A stretch of 64,000 nt of DNA from Anaeromyxobacteraceae bacterium (GTDB lineage: Bacteria; Myxococcota; Myxococcia; Myxococcales; Anaeromyxobacteraceae), in assembly GCA_047602405.1 (NCBI GenBank), contig JASGHJ010000002.1, forward strand, positions 2,432,001 to 2,496,000, written 5' to 3'. The position numbers and the translations under genes were made by a program. The notes beneath the pieces are model-generated. The model saw nothing but the letters and a program-made list of their open reading frames with translations. It ran no database searches and was not told the DNA's origin. Below are positions 18,388 to 28,001 of this stretch, one piece after another. The first letter of the stretch is position 1; each line of letters begins with the position of its first letter.

Positions 18388-19272
18388 TCAGCCGCCCAGC
18401 CCCTCGGCGGCCGTCCGCAGCCAGGCCTGCACGGCGGCGACCCGGGCGTTGCCCCTCAGGTCCTCGTGGTAGGCGAGCCAGACCTCGCGCGAGGGCAGCT
18501 CGAGCGAGGGCAGCACCGGGACGAGCCGCGGCTCGCGCCGCGCGATGAAGGTCCCGAGCATCGCGATGCCCGCGCCCTCGAGGCAGGCGAGGACCTGGGC
18601 CGTCGTGGTCGTGGAGCGCACCGCCCACCGTGGCGAGGGGACGAGCTGCCGGAGGCGCCGGAGCTGCGGCACGCCGTCCAGCGAGGCGTCGAAGCCCACG
18701 TGGTCGTGGTCCGCGAGGTCGCGCGCCTCCCGGGGCGCGCCACGCCGCTCCAGGTACTCGCGGCTCGCGAAGAGGCCGTGCCGGAGGGTCCCGAGGCGCC
18801 GCGCGACGAGGGAACCACCCCGGGGCCGGAAGAGCCGCACCGCGACGTCGGCCTCGCGGCGCGCGAGGTCGAGCGCGAGCGCGTCCGGCCGGAGCTCCAG
18901 CGTGAGGCCGGGGTGCGCCCGCCGCAGCTCGCCCAGGGCCGGGAGGAGCAGGTGGTGCAGGAGACCGTCGCTCGCGGTGAGCCGGACCGAGCCCGAGACG
19001 CGGGCGTCCGCCCCGCCGACCTCGCGCTCGACCGCGAGCGCCTCCTCCTCCACCCTCGCCGCCCGGACGAGGAGCGCCGCGCCCTCGCGGGTCGGGAGGA
19101 GCCCCGCGGGGGTGCGATTGAAGAGCCGCGCGCCCAGCGCCGCCTCGAGGGCCGAGAGGCGCCGGCCCACGGTGGAGGTGTCGACGCCGAGGACGCGCGC
19201 GGCGCCGCCGTGGCTGCCGCGCCGCTGCACCGCGAGCGCCACGCGGAGGTCGTCCCAGGCGAAGGAGGGCAT
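18388..19272 (-). CDS. LysR family transcriptional regulator
   Basis: WDDLRVALAV..GS..GAARVLGVDTSTVGRRLSALE HTH; LARREADVAVR. Confidence 0.95.
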   Translation of the reverse strand: MPSFAWDDLRVALAVQRRGSHGGAARVLGVDTSTVGRRLSALEAALGARLFNRTPAGLLPTREGAALLVRAARVEEEALAVEREVGGADARVSGSVRLTASDGLLHHLLLPALGELRRAHPGLTLELRPDALALDLARREADVAVRLFRPRGGSLVARRLGTLRHGLFASREYLERRGAPREARDLADHDHVGFDASLDGVPQLRRLRQLVPSPRWAVRSTTTTAQVLACLEGAGIAMLGTFIARREPRLVPVLPSLELPSREVWLAYHEDLRGNARVAAVQAWLRTAAEGLGG

Positions 19273-19361
19273 GCCTTGCATTCTTGCACGTTGCGCTTGC
19301 GCTCGCAGGCAGTTCTGCAAGCCGGGCCCGGCCGGCATCCTCCGGTTCCATGGAGGACGTC

Positions 19362-20159
19362 ATGACCCCGAACCCCGTCTCGACCCTGGCCGTCACCCTC
19401 ACCCTCGTCGGCGGACCGACCGCGCTGCTGGACCTCGGCGGCGTCCGCTTCCTGACCGACCCCACCCTCTCGCCGCCCGCCCCGTACCCGGCCGCGCCGG
19501 GCCGGTTCCTGCAGAAGCTCGAGGGGCCTGCGCTCGCCGCAGCCGACCTGGGCCGCGTCGACGCCGTGCTCCTCTCCCACGACCAGCACGCCGACAACCT
19601 CGACCCGGAGGGCCGCGCCCTCGTGGCCCGTGCGCCGATCACCTTCACGACGCCGCTCGCCGCCGGCCGGCTCGAGGGGCGCCTCCTGGGCCTCGAGCCC
19701 TGGGCGTCCGCGACCTTCCGGGCGGAGGGCCGCACCTTCCGGATCACCGCGGTGCCGGCGCGGCACGGGCCGGACGGCACGGAGCACCTCACGGGCCCGG
19801 TGACCGGGTTCGTCCTCGCCTCCGAGGGCCTGCCCACCGTCTACGTGAGCGGCGACAACGCCTCCGTGGCGGTCGTCCAGGAGGTGGCGGCCCGCTTCCG
19901 CGTGGACGTGGCCGTGCTCTTCGCGGGCGCCGCGAGATCCCCGCGCCTGCTGGGCGACGCGCTCCTCACCCTCGACGCGGCGCGCGCCGTCGAGGCCGCC
20001 CGTGCCCTGCCCGGCGCCGTGATCGTGCCGGTCCACTTCCGGGGCTGGGGCCACTTCACCGACGGGCCCGGGGCGCTCCGGGTCGCGTTCGACGCGGCCG
20101 GGCTCGGCGCGCGGCTCGTGCTGCTCGAGCCCGGGGCGTCCGTCGGGCTGCCGCGGTGA
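19362..20159 (+). CDS. MBL-fold metallo-hydrolase
   Basis: GGPTALL, FLTDP, LSHDQHADNLD, VPARHG, YVSGDN, VPVHF; divergent from LysR. Confidence 0.9.
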   Translation: MTPNPVSTLAVTLTLVGGPTALLDLGGVRFLTDPTLSPPAPYPAAPGRFLQKLEGPALAAADLGRVDAVLLSHDQHADNLDPEGRALVARAPITFTTPLAAGRLEGRLLGLEPWASATFRAEGRTFRITAVPARHGPDGTEHLTGPVTGFVLASEGLPTVYVSGDNASVAVVQEVAARFRVDVAVLFAGAARSPRLLGDALLTLDAARAVEAARALPGAVIVPVHFRGWGHFTDGPGALRVAFDAAGLGARLVLLEPGASVGLPR

Positions 20160-20178
20160 ACGGAGCCGCGGCGCGGGC

Positions 20179-20532
20179 TCACCCCCCGCGCCGCGGATCC
20201 GCGAGGTCCAGGAGCGCGGCGATGCGCTGGTGGCGCTCGAGCGGGTGGCGCAGCGGGAGCGACCGGTCCACCCGGTAGACGTTGCTGCGCGCGTCGTCGC
20301 TCGCCCGCGTGTGCGAGAGGTACCCGGCCTCCTCGAGCTCCCGGAGGATGCGCTGGACGCCGCGGGGGGTGATGCCCACCTGGGCGGCGATGTCCTGGAT
20401 CCGGGCCGACGGGTTCGCCGCGACGCAGATGAGCACGTGGGCGTGGTTGCTGAGGAACGTCCAGCGCCGCGCGCCGGCCGGCCCCGTTGGGGCGGACGGC
20501 CGCTGGCGCTGGCGCGAGGCGGGCCGGCTCAT
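20179..20532 (-). CDS. Small winged-HTH transcriptional regulator (WTFLSNHAHVL type)
   Basis: WTFLSNHAHVL...RIQDIAAQVGITPRGVQRILRELEEAGYL...NVY...PLRHPLE. Confidence 0.9.
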   Translation of the reverse strand: MSRPASRQRQRPSAPTGPAGARRWTFLSNHAHVLICVAANPSARIQDIAAQVGITPRGVQRILRELEEAGYLSHTRASDDARSNVYRVDRSLPLRHPLERHQRIAALLDLADPRRGG

Positions 20533-20546
20533 TTATACGAACTCCA

Positions 20547-20622
20547 GTTCACGCATCTTGGTTCGCGTACTCGACTTCCTGCAGTGCCTTTCCTGCACTG
20601 CCGTTCACGCACCCGACTTCAC
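20547..20622. promoter_or_regulatory. Array of imperfect 14-bp direct repeats in the regulator/sbtA divergent promoter; putative operator
   Basis: gttcacgcatcttg / gttcgcgtactcga / cttcctgcagtgcc / tttcctgcactgcc / gttcacgcacccga / cttcac at 20547, 20561, 20575, 20589, 20603, 20617. Confidence 0.6.
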
Positions 20623-20650
20623 CTTCGAGCCTACCAGAGAGGACGACCGG

Positions 20651-21733
20651 ATGGGCGGAACCGAGCTCCTGCGCGCCAACCTGCTCTCCCCCCTCGTGCT
20701 CGCCTTCGCCCTCGGGGCGGTCGCGCGCGCGGTGCGCAGCGAGCTCCGCATCCCGAAGGAGCTCTACCAGGCCCTCTCCATCTACCTGCTCCTCGCGCTC
20801 GGCCTGAAGGGCGGCGTCGAGCTCGCCCACGCCGGGCTCTCCGGCATCTGGCGTCCCGCCCTCGCCACCCTCCTCCTCGGATGCATCACGCCGCTCACCG
20901 CCTACCTGGCGCTGCGCCGGCTCGGGCGGTTCTCGACCGACGACGCCGCCGGGATCGCCGCCCACTACGGCTCGGTCTCGGCGGTGACCTTCCTCGCCGC
21001 CCAGCAGTTCGTGACCGCGGTGGGCGCGCCCGCGGAGCCCTACATGGCGACGCTCCTCGCGCTCCTCGAGAGCCCGGGCATCCACATCGCCCTCGCGATC
21101 GGCGTCGTCGCGCGCCTGCGCCGGGCGCAGGAGGGCCAGGCCGCGGCGGAGCAGGAGGCGGCCGTCCCGCTCCGCGCGGCGGTCGGCGGGCCCGGCGGGT
21201 TCGTCACGGCGGTCGGCCCCATGGGCAATCCCGCGCCGGTGCACGACCGGCCCGCGACCCTCGGCTCGACGCTCCACGAGGTGCTCACCGGCCGCACGAT
21301 GGTGCTCCTCGCCGGCGGGCTCGTCGTGGGCTTCCTGATGGGCGAGCGCGGCTGGACGCAGGTCCAGCCCTTCTTCGAGTCGGGCTTCAAGGGCGCCCTC
21401 GTCGTCTTCCTCCTCGAGATGGGCATGGTCGCCGCCTCCCGCGCCGGCGACCTCCGCCGGGTGGGCCCGTTCCTCCTCGTCTTCGGGATGGTCACCCCGC
21501 TCGTCCACGGCGCCCTGGGCGTGTGGCTCGCGCACCTCGCCGGCCTGTCCCCGGGCGGCGCGACCGTGCTCGGCGCGATGGCCGCGAGCGCCTCGTACAT
21601 CGCGGCGCCCCCCGCCGTCCGCGCCCAGCTGCCCGAGGCGAACCCGACCTACTCGCTCACCCTCGCGCTCGCCATCACCTTCCCGTTCAACGTCCTCGTC
21701 GGCATCCCGTTCTTCTACTGGCTGGCCAGCTGA
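20651..21733 (+). CDS. sbtA: Sodium-dependent bicarbonate transporter family permease (SbtA/DUF897)
   Basis: LSIYLLLALGLKGG, AAHYGSVSAVTF, LESPGI, FLLEMG, ASASYIAAPPA, LAITFPFN. Confidence 0.93.
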   Translation: MGGTELLRANLLSPLVLAFALGAVARAVRSELRIPKELYQALSIYLLLALGLKGGVELAHAGLSGIWRPALATLLLGCITPLTAYLALRRLGRFSTDDAAGIAAHYGSVSAVTFLAAQQFVTAVGAPAEPYMATLLALLESPGIHIALAIGVVARLRRAQEGQAAAEQEAAVPLRAAVGGPGGFVTAVGPMGNPAPVHDRPATLGSTLHEVLTGRTMVLLAGGLVVGFLMGERGWTQVQPFFESGFKGALVVFLLEMGMVAASRAGDLRRVGPFLLVFGMVTPLVHGALGVWLAHLAGLSPGGATVLGAMAASASYIAAPPAVRAQLPEANPTYSLTLALAITFPFNVLVGIPFFYWLAS

Positions 21734-21745
21734 AAGGAGCCGCGC

Positions 21746-22239
<494 letters not shown>

Positions 22240-22243
<4 letters not shown>

Positions 22244-23406
22244 GCCCGGTCCTGCCCGGCGCGACGATCGGCTTCCTGGGCGGCGGCCAGCTCGCGCGGA
22301 TGAGCGCCATGGCCGCCCGCGCGATGGGTTACGGCGTCGCGGTGCTGGACCCCGACCCGGGCTGCGCCGCGGCCCCGCTCGCCGACCTCGTGATCGCCGC
22401 GGCGCTCGACGACGCCGCGGCCGCCGCCCGGCTCGCGGCCCGGAGCGCCGTCGTGACGTTCGACATCGAGCGCGTCGATCCGGCCGCGGCGAGGGCCGCC
22501 GCCGCCCACGCGCCCGTCCGCCCCTCGCCCGCCGTGCTCGAGCTCCTCCAGGACCGGGCGCGGCAGAAGCTCTGGCTCCAGGAGGTGGGCTTCCCGGTCG
22601 GCCCATGGCTCCCGGTCGCCGACGCGGCGTCCGCCCGCGCGGCGGTGGTGGCGCTCGGCCCGTGCCGCCTGAAGCGCCGCCGGGACGGGTACGACGGTCG
22701 GGGTCAGGCGCCGGCGCCCACGCCCGCGCTCGCGGCGGAGGCCCACGCGGCCCTCGGCGGGGCGCCGTGCGTGGCGGAGGCGGAGCTCGCGCTCGAGGCC
22801 GAGCTCTCGGTGCTCGTGGCGCGCTCGGCGGGTGGCGCGCTCGCCGTCCACCCGGCGGCGCGGAACTGGCACGAGGACGGGGTCCTCGTGCAGTCGGTGC
22901 TGCCGGCGCCGCTCCCGGAGCCGATCCTCGCCGAGGCGCGCCAGCTCGCGCTCGGCGTCGCGGCCGAGCTCGCGCTCGAGGGCGTCCTCGCGGTCGAGCT
23001 CTTCCTCGATCGGCGCCACGGCCTGCTCGTGAACGAGCTCGCGCCGCGGCCGCACAACACCTTCCACGCCGCCGGGGCGGCGTGCGGGGTCGGCCAGTTC
23101 GAGCAGCACGTGCGGGCGATCTGCGGCCTGCCGCTCGGCGATCCCACGCCCCACGCGACGGCGGCGCTCCTCAACCTGCTGGGCGAGGACGCGGCGGTGG
23201 CGCACGAGGCGCTCGCGGTGCCCGGCGTGACGCTGCACCTGTACGGCAAGGCGCCCCGCCCGCGCCGCAAGGTCGGCCACCTGTGCGCGGCCGCCCCGAC
23301 CGCCGAGGAGGCCCTCGAGCGGATCGCCCGCGCGCGGGCGATCCTCGGCTCGGCGAGGCGGCGAGGAGGGAGCGGCACGCCCGCCCGGTCGGACCTTCGT
23401 GTGTGA
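22240..23406 (+). CDS. purK: N5-carboxyaminoimidazole ribonucleotide synthase (ATP-grasp)
   Basis: TIGFLGGGQLARM, GYDGRGQ, NELAPRPHN, QFEQHVRA, HLYGKAPRPRRKVGH; GTGA overlap with purE. Confidence 0.95.
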
Positions 23407-23464
23407 GAAATGGACGTGCCTCGGCCCCGGTTGACCCACCAGTCCCCCTCCCGAGGTCCATCCG

Positions 23465-24285
23465 ATGCGCCGGAACCGAGTCCCCGCTCTCGTCGCCGCC
23501 TCCTCGCCTCCCCCGCCCTGGCCGGGCCCGCGTCGAACGGCACCGACCTCAACGGCACCGATCTCAACGGCGTCGAGCTCAACTCGGGCGTGCTCGCCGG
23601 CTCGCACCTCGACCTGCACCTCGAGGGCAGCGCGCTCGTGGGCGTCCGCGCGAACGGCACGACGGCCACGGGCGACCAGCTCGTGGACATGAAGCTCGCC
23701 GGCTCGACGGTCGGCGGCGAGCCGGTGAACGTGCGCATCGACGGCTACACGCGGTCGGGGGACGTCTCCCGCTACCTCGTCAGCTTCCGGAGCGACCGCA
23801 CGACCGGCCCCTGGCAGCCGGTCTGCCCGGGCGGCGCGTACGCGATCGCGCTCGAGGGGTCCTGGAACGCGGACGGGTCGAAGACCCGCGATCCTTCGGT
23901 CGTCACGTTCGCGTGCCCCGGCGGCGCGCTCGTGAAGTGCGTCGACCTCGGCTACGCCCCCTGGCGCTCGACGGCGGGCGGCACCTCGCTCGACGCCACG
24001 CACCAGGCCTGCACCCGCGCGATCCGCGCCGACTACTGCGGCAACGGGAGCCCCTACACGCAGAACGGCAACACCATCGACATCTACGACGCGCTCGGCG
24101 TCCAGGCCGACACCGAGGAGTGGCTGCCCGAGGCGGAGTGGGACGAGGCCGGCGCGTCCTGCATGAGCGGCGCCGCGACCCGCGCGCAGGTGCCCGTGAC
24201 CTGCCAGGCCGAGAAGCTGGATCTCGCCTGCGGTCAGCCCGGCCGCGAGGGCCCCGGCCGGCTCGTCGTCACCGAGCTGCCGTGA
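23465..24285 (+). CDS. Secreted ADYC-domain protein with N-terminal NGxxL pentapeptide repeats; apparent -1 frameshift at ~23500
   Basis: Adding one C gives signal peptide MRRNRVPALVAALLASPALA; NGTDLNGTDLNGVELN; KCVDLGYAPW, HQACTRAIRADYCG. Confidence 0.8.
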
Positions 24286-27200
24286 CGTCCGCGCAGACCC
24301 GGAAGCCGACCGTGAGGTCGCGCAGCGTCGGCTCGACCACCTCGCGGTTCTCGGCCCGGGCGCTGCTCGTCGAGAAGTAGTAGGAGCCGCCGCGCGCCAC
24401 CGGGGAGGGCCCCGCGCGCGCGGCGGTCAGCTCCCACACGTTCCCCGCGAGGTCGAGCACGCCGAACGGGCTCGCGCCCGAGGGGTGGGAGCCGACCTCG
24501 TCCGGGCCGAAGGCGCTCGGGACCTTCGCGTAGGTGAGGTCGAAGTCGGCGTCCTCCGGACCGAGCGCGGCGCCCGCCGGGTAGGCCCGCCCGTCCGCGC
24601 CGCGCGCCGCGCGCTCCCACTCGTCCTCCCGGCACGGGCGCGCGCCGGGCACGCGGCCCGTCCCGGACAGCCACCGGGTGTACGCGAGCGCGTCCTCCCA
24701 GCTCACGCCGGACACCGGGAAGCGCCGCCAGTCCTGCACGGCCCTGCGCGCGCGCCCCAGGTAACGGATGGTCTCGCCCTCCCCGGCGGCGTAGCGGCGC
24801 TCGGTGGGCTGGAGCTCGATGCGGTAGCGCCCGCGGGCGTCGAGCGACAGCCGGAGCCCGCCGTGGAAGCCCTTCGCCGCGACGCCGGGGGTCCGCCGCG
24901 CGCGCTCGGCGGGCGGGAGCGCCCGCAGGAACTCGAGCCAGGCGGCGTACGTCACCTCCGTCCTCGCGACGAGGTAGGCGCCGGTCCGGACCGGGTGCAC
25001 CGGCACGGTCTTGAAGAACTCCCGGCGCAGCGCCTCGTCGGCGCCGCTGCCGAACAGGAACTCGCCCGCGGGCACGTAGACGAAGCCCTCGGGGGTGGAG
25101 CCGGACGGCGGCAGCTCGAGCTCCACCCGCCGCCAGTCGCCCCGGGCGACCTTCACGGGCGCGCGCACCCGCTCGCGGCCCGGCGCGGAGAGCTCGAGCA
25201 CGTAGGAGCCCGGGAGCAGCACGAGCGGCTCCGCGGGCACCGCGCGCTCCTCGCCGCCGGGGAGCTCCCGCCACCGCGGTCCGCCGTCGTCGATCCGGAG
25301 GATCCGCACGCTCGCGCCCGGGACGCCGGGGCGCAGCTCGACGGAGCCGGGCCGTTCGTACCGCGCCCGCGCGCGGCCGCCCTCGTCGTGGAGCGCGAGC
25401 CGGCGCAGCGCCTCGTCGCGCACCTCGGGCCTGCCGTCGGCGTCGGCGCGCTCCGCCCGGCGCTCGAGCACGTCCGCGAGCAGCGACCGGGCCCGCCCGC
25501 CGGGGTCGAGCATCACCGCCGCCTCGAGCTCCTGCAGCGCGGCGCCCTCGAGGCGATCCCGGCCCGCGCGCCGGGCCCGCGCCTCCGCCCAGCGCGCCTC
25601 GCCGAGGACCGTGTCCCCGGCATCGAAGGCCTGGAACGCCGCGCGCGCGAGGTCCCGCTCCGCGTCGCCCTCGCGCTCCACCGCGGCGAGGTCCCGCTCG
25701 GCGCGCGCGAGCGCCTCCTCGAGCTTGTGCCGCTCCAGGGTGCGGTCCCGCAGGACGGCGCCGGCCCAGGTCGCGATCACGACGAGGGGCACCCCGAGGG
25801 CGGCCCCCCACCGCTCCCGCCGCCTTCGCCCGGCGTCGTCGCGGGACGCGGCCAGGAAGCTCCGCGCGGGCTCCCGCACCGCGGCGAGCTCGATCCCGTC
25901 CAGCTCGCCGAGCTGCCGGCCGCCCCAGAGCGCGTCGCGGGGCCGCCCGAGCCGATCCCACTCCCGCGCCGCGGCCGTGAGGCGCTGCTCCAGCGCCCGC
26001 TGCTCCGCGGAGTCCACGAGCCAGCCCGCCAGCGTCGCCCAGCCGTGGAGGAGCGCCTCGTGGGCGAGCTCGAAGACCGGCTGGCCCTCCCCTTCGCTCG
26101 CGAGCACGAGCCGCCCACGCACGAGGGCGTCGAGCGCCTCGCGATCGGCGGGCTCCTGCACGAGCTCCGGGTCCGTGCGCCGCGCCCGCGTGCCCTCCAG
26201 GGTGACGAGCCGGGTGAGCACGCGCCGGGCGCCGAGCCGGGCCTCCGCCGACAGGCGCGCGAGGACCCCGTCCCCGTGCCGCGCGAGCGCACCCTCGACC
26301 CCGCCGATCCGCTCGAGGGCGCGGAAGGTCAGCGTCGAGGCGCCGGCGTCGCGCGCCTCCCACAGCTCCGCGAGGGCGAACTGCAGGAGCGGCAGGCTGC
26401 CCCCGGCGGACGCCGCCGCGTCCACGAGGTGCTCGACGAGCACCTCGGACTCGAAGGTCACGCCGCGCGCGTGCGCGGGCCCCACCACGGCGTCGCGGAG
26501 CCCCTCCCGCGAGAGCGGCGCGAGGAGGAAGAGGTCGAGCTGGAGGTCGGCCCCGAGCCCGGGCAGCCCCGCGAGGCGGGTGAGGAAGTCGCTCCGCGCG
26601 GTCACGAGGACCCGGTCGCCGGCGCCGGAGGCCGCGAGCGCCGCCAGCACCTCCGCGAAGCGCTCCGCCTCCTCGCGCGCCGCGAGCGTGAGGAGCTCCT
26701 CCGCCTGGTCCACGTGGACGAGCAGGCCCGCGCGGGCGCCGAGCGCGAGCCGGAGGTGGCGCGCGGTGTCCGACGGCGTCCAGTCGGCCTCGAGCGACAG
26801 CGGCGCGGCCCCCTCGCCGAGGGCCTCCGCCAGCGCCTGGCGGAGCGCCAGGATGGGCCGGCCGCCCGGGACGAGCCGCGCGACGGACCACACCCGCCCC
26901 GGATCGATCGCGCCCTCGAGCACCTCCGGGACGACGCCCGCCGCGCAGAGCGAGGACTTCCCGACCCCCGAGTCGCCGGCGACCACGACGACCGGGCTCG
27001 AGCGCAGCCGCTCGAGCACCCCGAGGGTCTCGCGCGCCCTGCCGAAGAAGACCGCGCGGTGCTCGGGACCGAACGCGCGCAGCCCGCGGTACGGCGACGT
27101 CGCGGAGGAGCCCGCGGCGTGCGGGCGCGCGAAGCCGAGCTCGAGCGCCTCCCGGAACTCCTCGACCGAGGCGAAGCGGTCGACCGGGTCGAGCTGGAGC

Positions 27201-27970
27201 GCGCGGTCCACCGCGTCCGCGAAGGCCGTCGGCACGCCGGCCACCACGGTCGCGAGCGGGACCGGGGCCCGGCCGAGGCGGGCCGCCGGCAGCTCCGCGG
27301 CCGGAAGCTCCCCGTGCGGTGGGTACCCCGCGCAGAGCTCGTAGGCGACGGCCGCGAGCGCGTAGAGATCGGTGCGCCGGGTGGCGGGCTCACCCCGCCA
27401 GATCTCCGGGGCCGCGTAGAGCGGCGTGCCCACCACGCCCCGTCCGCCCTCGGGCGCGCCCGGCCCCCGGTCGAGCCGGGCGAGGCCGAAGTCGACGAGC
27501 TTCACCTCTCCGGTGTCGGCGAGGACGACGTTCGACGGGCTGACGTCGCGGTGGAGGACGCCGCGCCGGTGCGCGGCCGCGAGGCCGCGGGCCACGCCGA
27601 GGACGATCTCGGCGGCCTCCTGCCAGGGGATCGGCGGCGCGCGTTCGTCGATGGGCCGCCCGCGCACGAACTCGGAGACGAGGTACGGCACGCGCCCGAG
27701 CTGCCCGACGCGGTAGAGGATCGCGACGTTCGGGTGCTGGATGCGCGCTGCTGCCCGGGCCTCGGCGAGGAAACGCTCGAGCACGCCCGCCCTGAGCTCC
27801 CGGAGCAGGAACTTGATGGCGACCGGGCGGTCGAGCAGCGTGTCGTGCGCCAGGAAGACCCGCCCGCCCGCGCCGCGGCCGAGCGGCCGGAGCACCTGGT
27901 ACTCCTCGAACGCGGCCGGCGGCTCCCACGCTGCCCGCCCGAGCTCGGGCCCGGGCTCACCCAACGCCAT
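24269..27970 (-). CDS. Ser/Thr protein kinase - STAND (nSTAND1-like) NTPase - TM - FGE/sulfatase-modifying (SUMF1) domain protein
   Basis: LGRGAGGRV, VAIK, HRDVSPSN, DFG; PYRGLRAF...FFGR, Walker A GDSGVGKSS, VDQAEE, LPLLQFAL, HEALL; TEVT, WERAARG, DLAGNVWE, GFRVC. Confidence 0.92.
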   Translation of the reverse strand: MALGEPGPELGRAAWEPPAAFEEYQVLRPLGRGAGGRVFLAHDTLLDRPVAIKFLLRELRAGVLERFLAEARAAARIQHPNVAILYRVGQLGRVPYLVSEFVRGRPIDERAPPIPWQEAAEIVLGVARGLAAAHRRGVLHRDVSPSNVVLADTGEVKLVDFGLARLDRGPGAPEGGRGVVGTPLYAAPEIWRGEPATRRTDLYALAAVAYELCAGYPPHGELPAAELPAARLGRAPVPLATVVAGVPTAFADAVDRALQLDPVDRFASVEEFREALELGFARPHAAGSSATSPYRGLRAFGPEHRAVFFGRARETLGVLERLRSSPVVVVAGDSGVGKSSLCAAGVVPEVLEGAIDPGRVWSVARLVPGGRPILALRQALAEALGEGAAPLSLEADWTPSDTARHLRLALGARAGLLVHVDQAEELLTLAAREEAERFAEVLAALAASGAGDRVLVTARSDFLTRLAGLPGLGADLQLDLFLLAPLSREGLRDAVVGPAHARGVTFESEVLVEHLVDAAASAGGSLPLLQFALAELWEARDAGASTLTFRALERIGGVEGALARHGDGVLARLSAEARLGARRVLTRLVTLEGTRARRTDPELVQEPADREALDALVRGRLVLASEGEGQPVFELAHEALLHGWATLAGWLVDSAEQRALEQRLTAAAREWDRLGRPRDALWGGRQLGELDGIELAAVREPARSFLAASRDDAGRRRRERWGAALGVPLVVIATWAGAVLRDRTLERHKLEEALARAERDLAAVEREGDAERDLARAAFQAFDAGDTVLGEARWAEARARRAGRDRLEGAALQELEAAVMLDPGGRARSLLADVLERRAERADADGRPEVRDEALRRLALHDEGGRARARYERPGSVELRPGVPGASVRILRIDDGGPRWRELPGGEERAVPAEPLVLLPGSYVLELSAPGRERVRAPVKVARGDWRRVELELPPSGSTPEGFVYVPAGEFLFGSGADEALRREFFKTVPVHPVRTGAYLVARTEVTYAAWLEFLRALPPAERARRTPGVAAKGFHGGLRLSLDARGRYRIELQPTERRYAAGEGETIRYLGRARRAVQDWRRFPVSGVSWEDALAYTRWLSGTGRVPGARPCREDEWERAARGADGRAYPAGAALGPEDADFDLTYAKVPSAFGPDEVGSHPSGASPFGVLDLAGNVWELTAARAGPSPVARGGSYYFSTSSARAENREVVEPTLRDLTVGFRVCADVTAAR

Positions 27971-28001
27971 CCCTCACCCATGGAGATGCCCGACCGCCGG
28001 A

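Noticed and set aside
20538..20551. GAAC-N4-GTTC LexA-like box
   Set aside because: That consensus is Gram-positive type, and the site is better explained as part of the 14-bp repeat array.
23410..23461. Hairpin that could occlude the RBS of the ADYC gene
   Set aside because: Short interrupted stems in very GC-rich DNA are expected by chance; no independent support.
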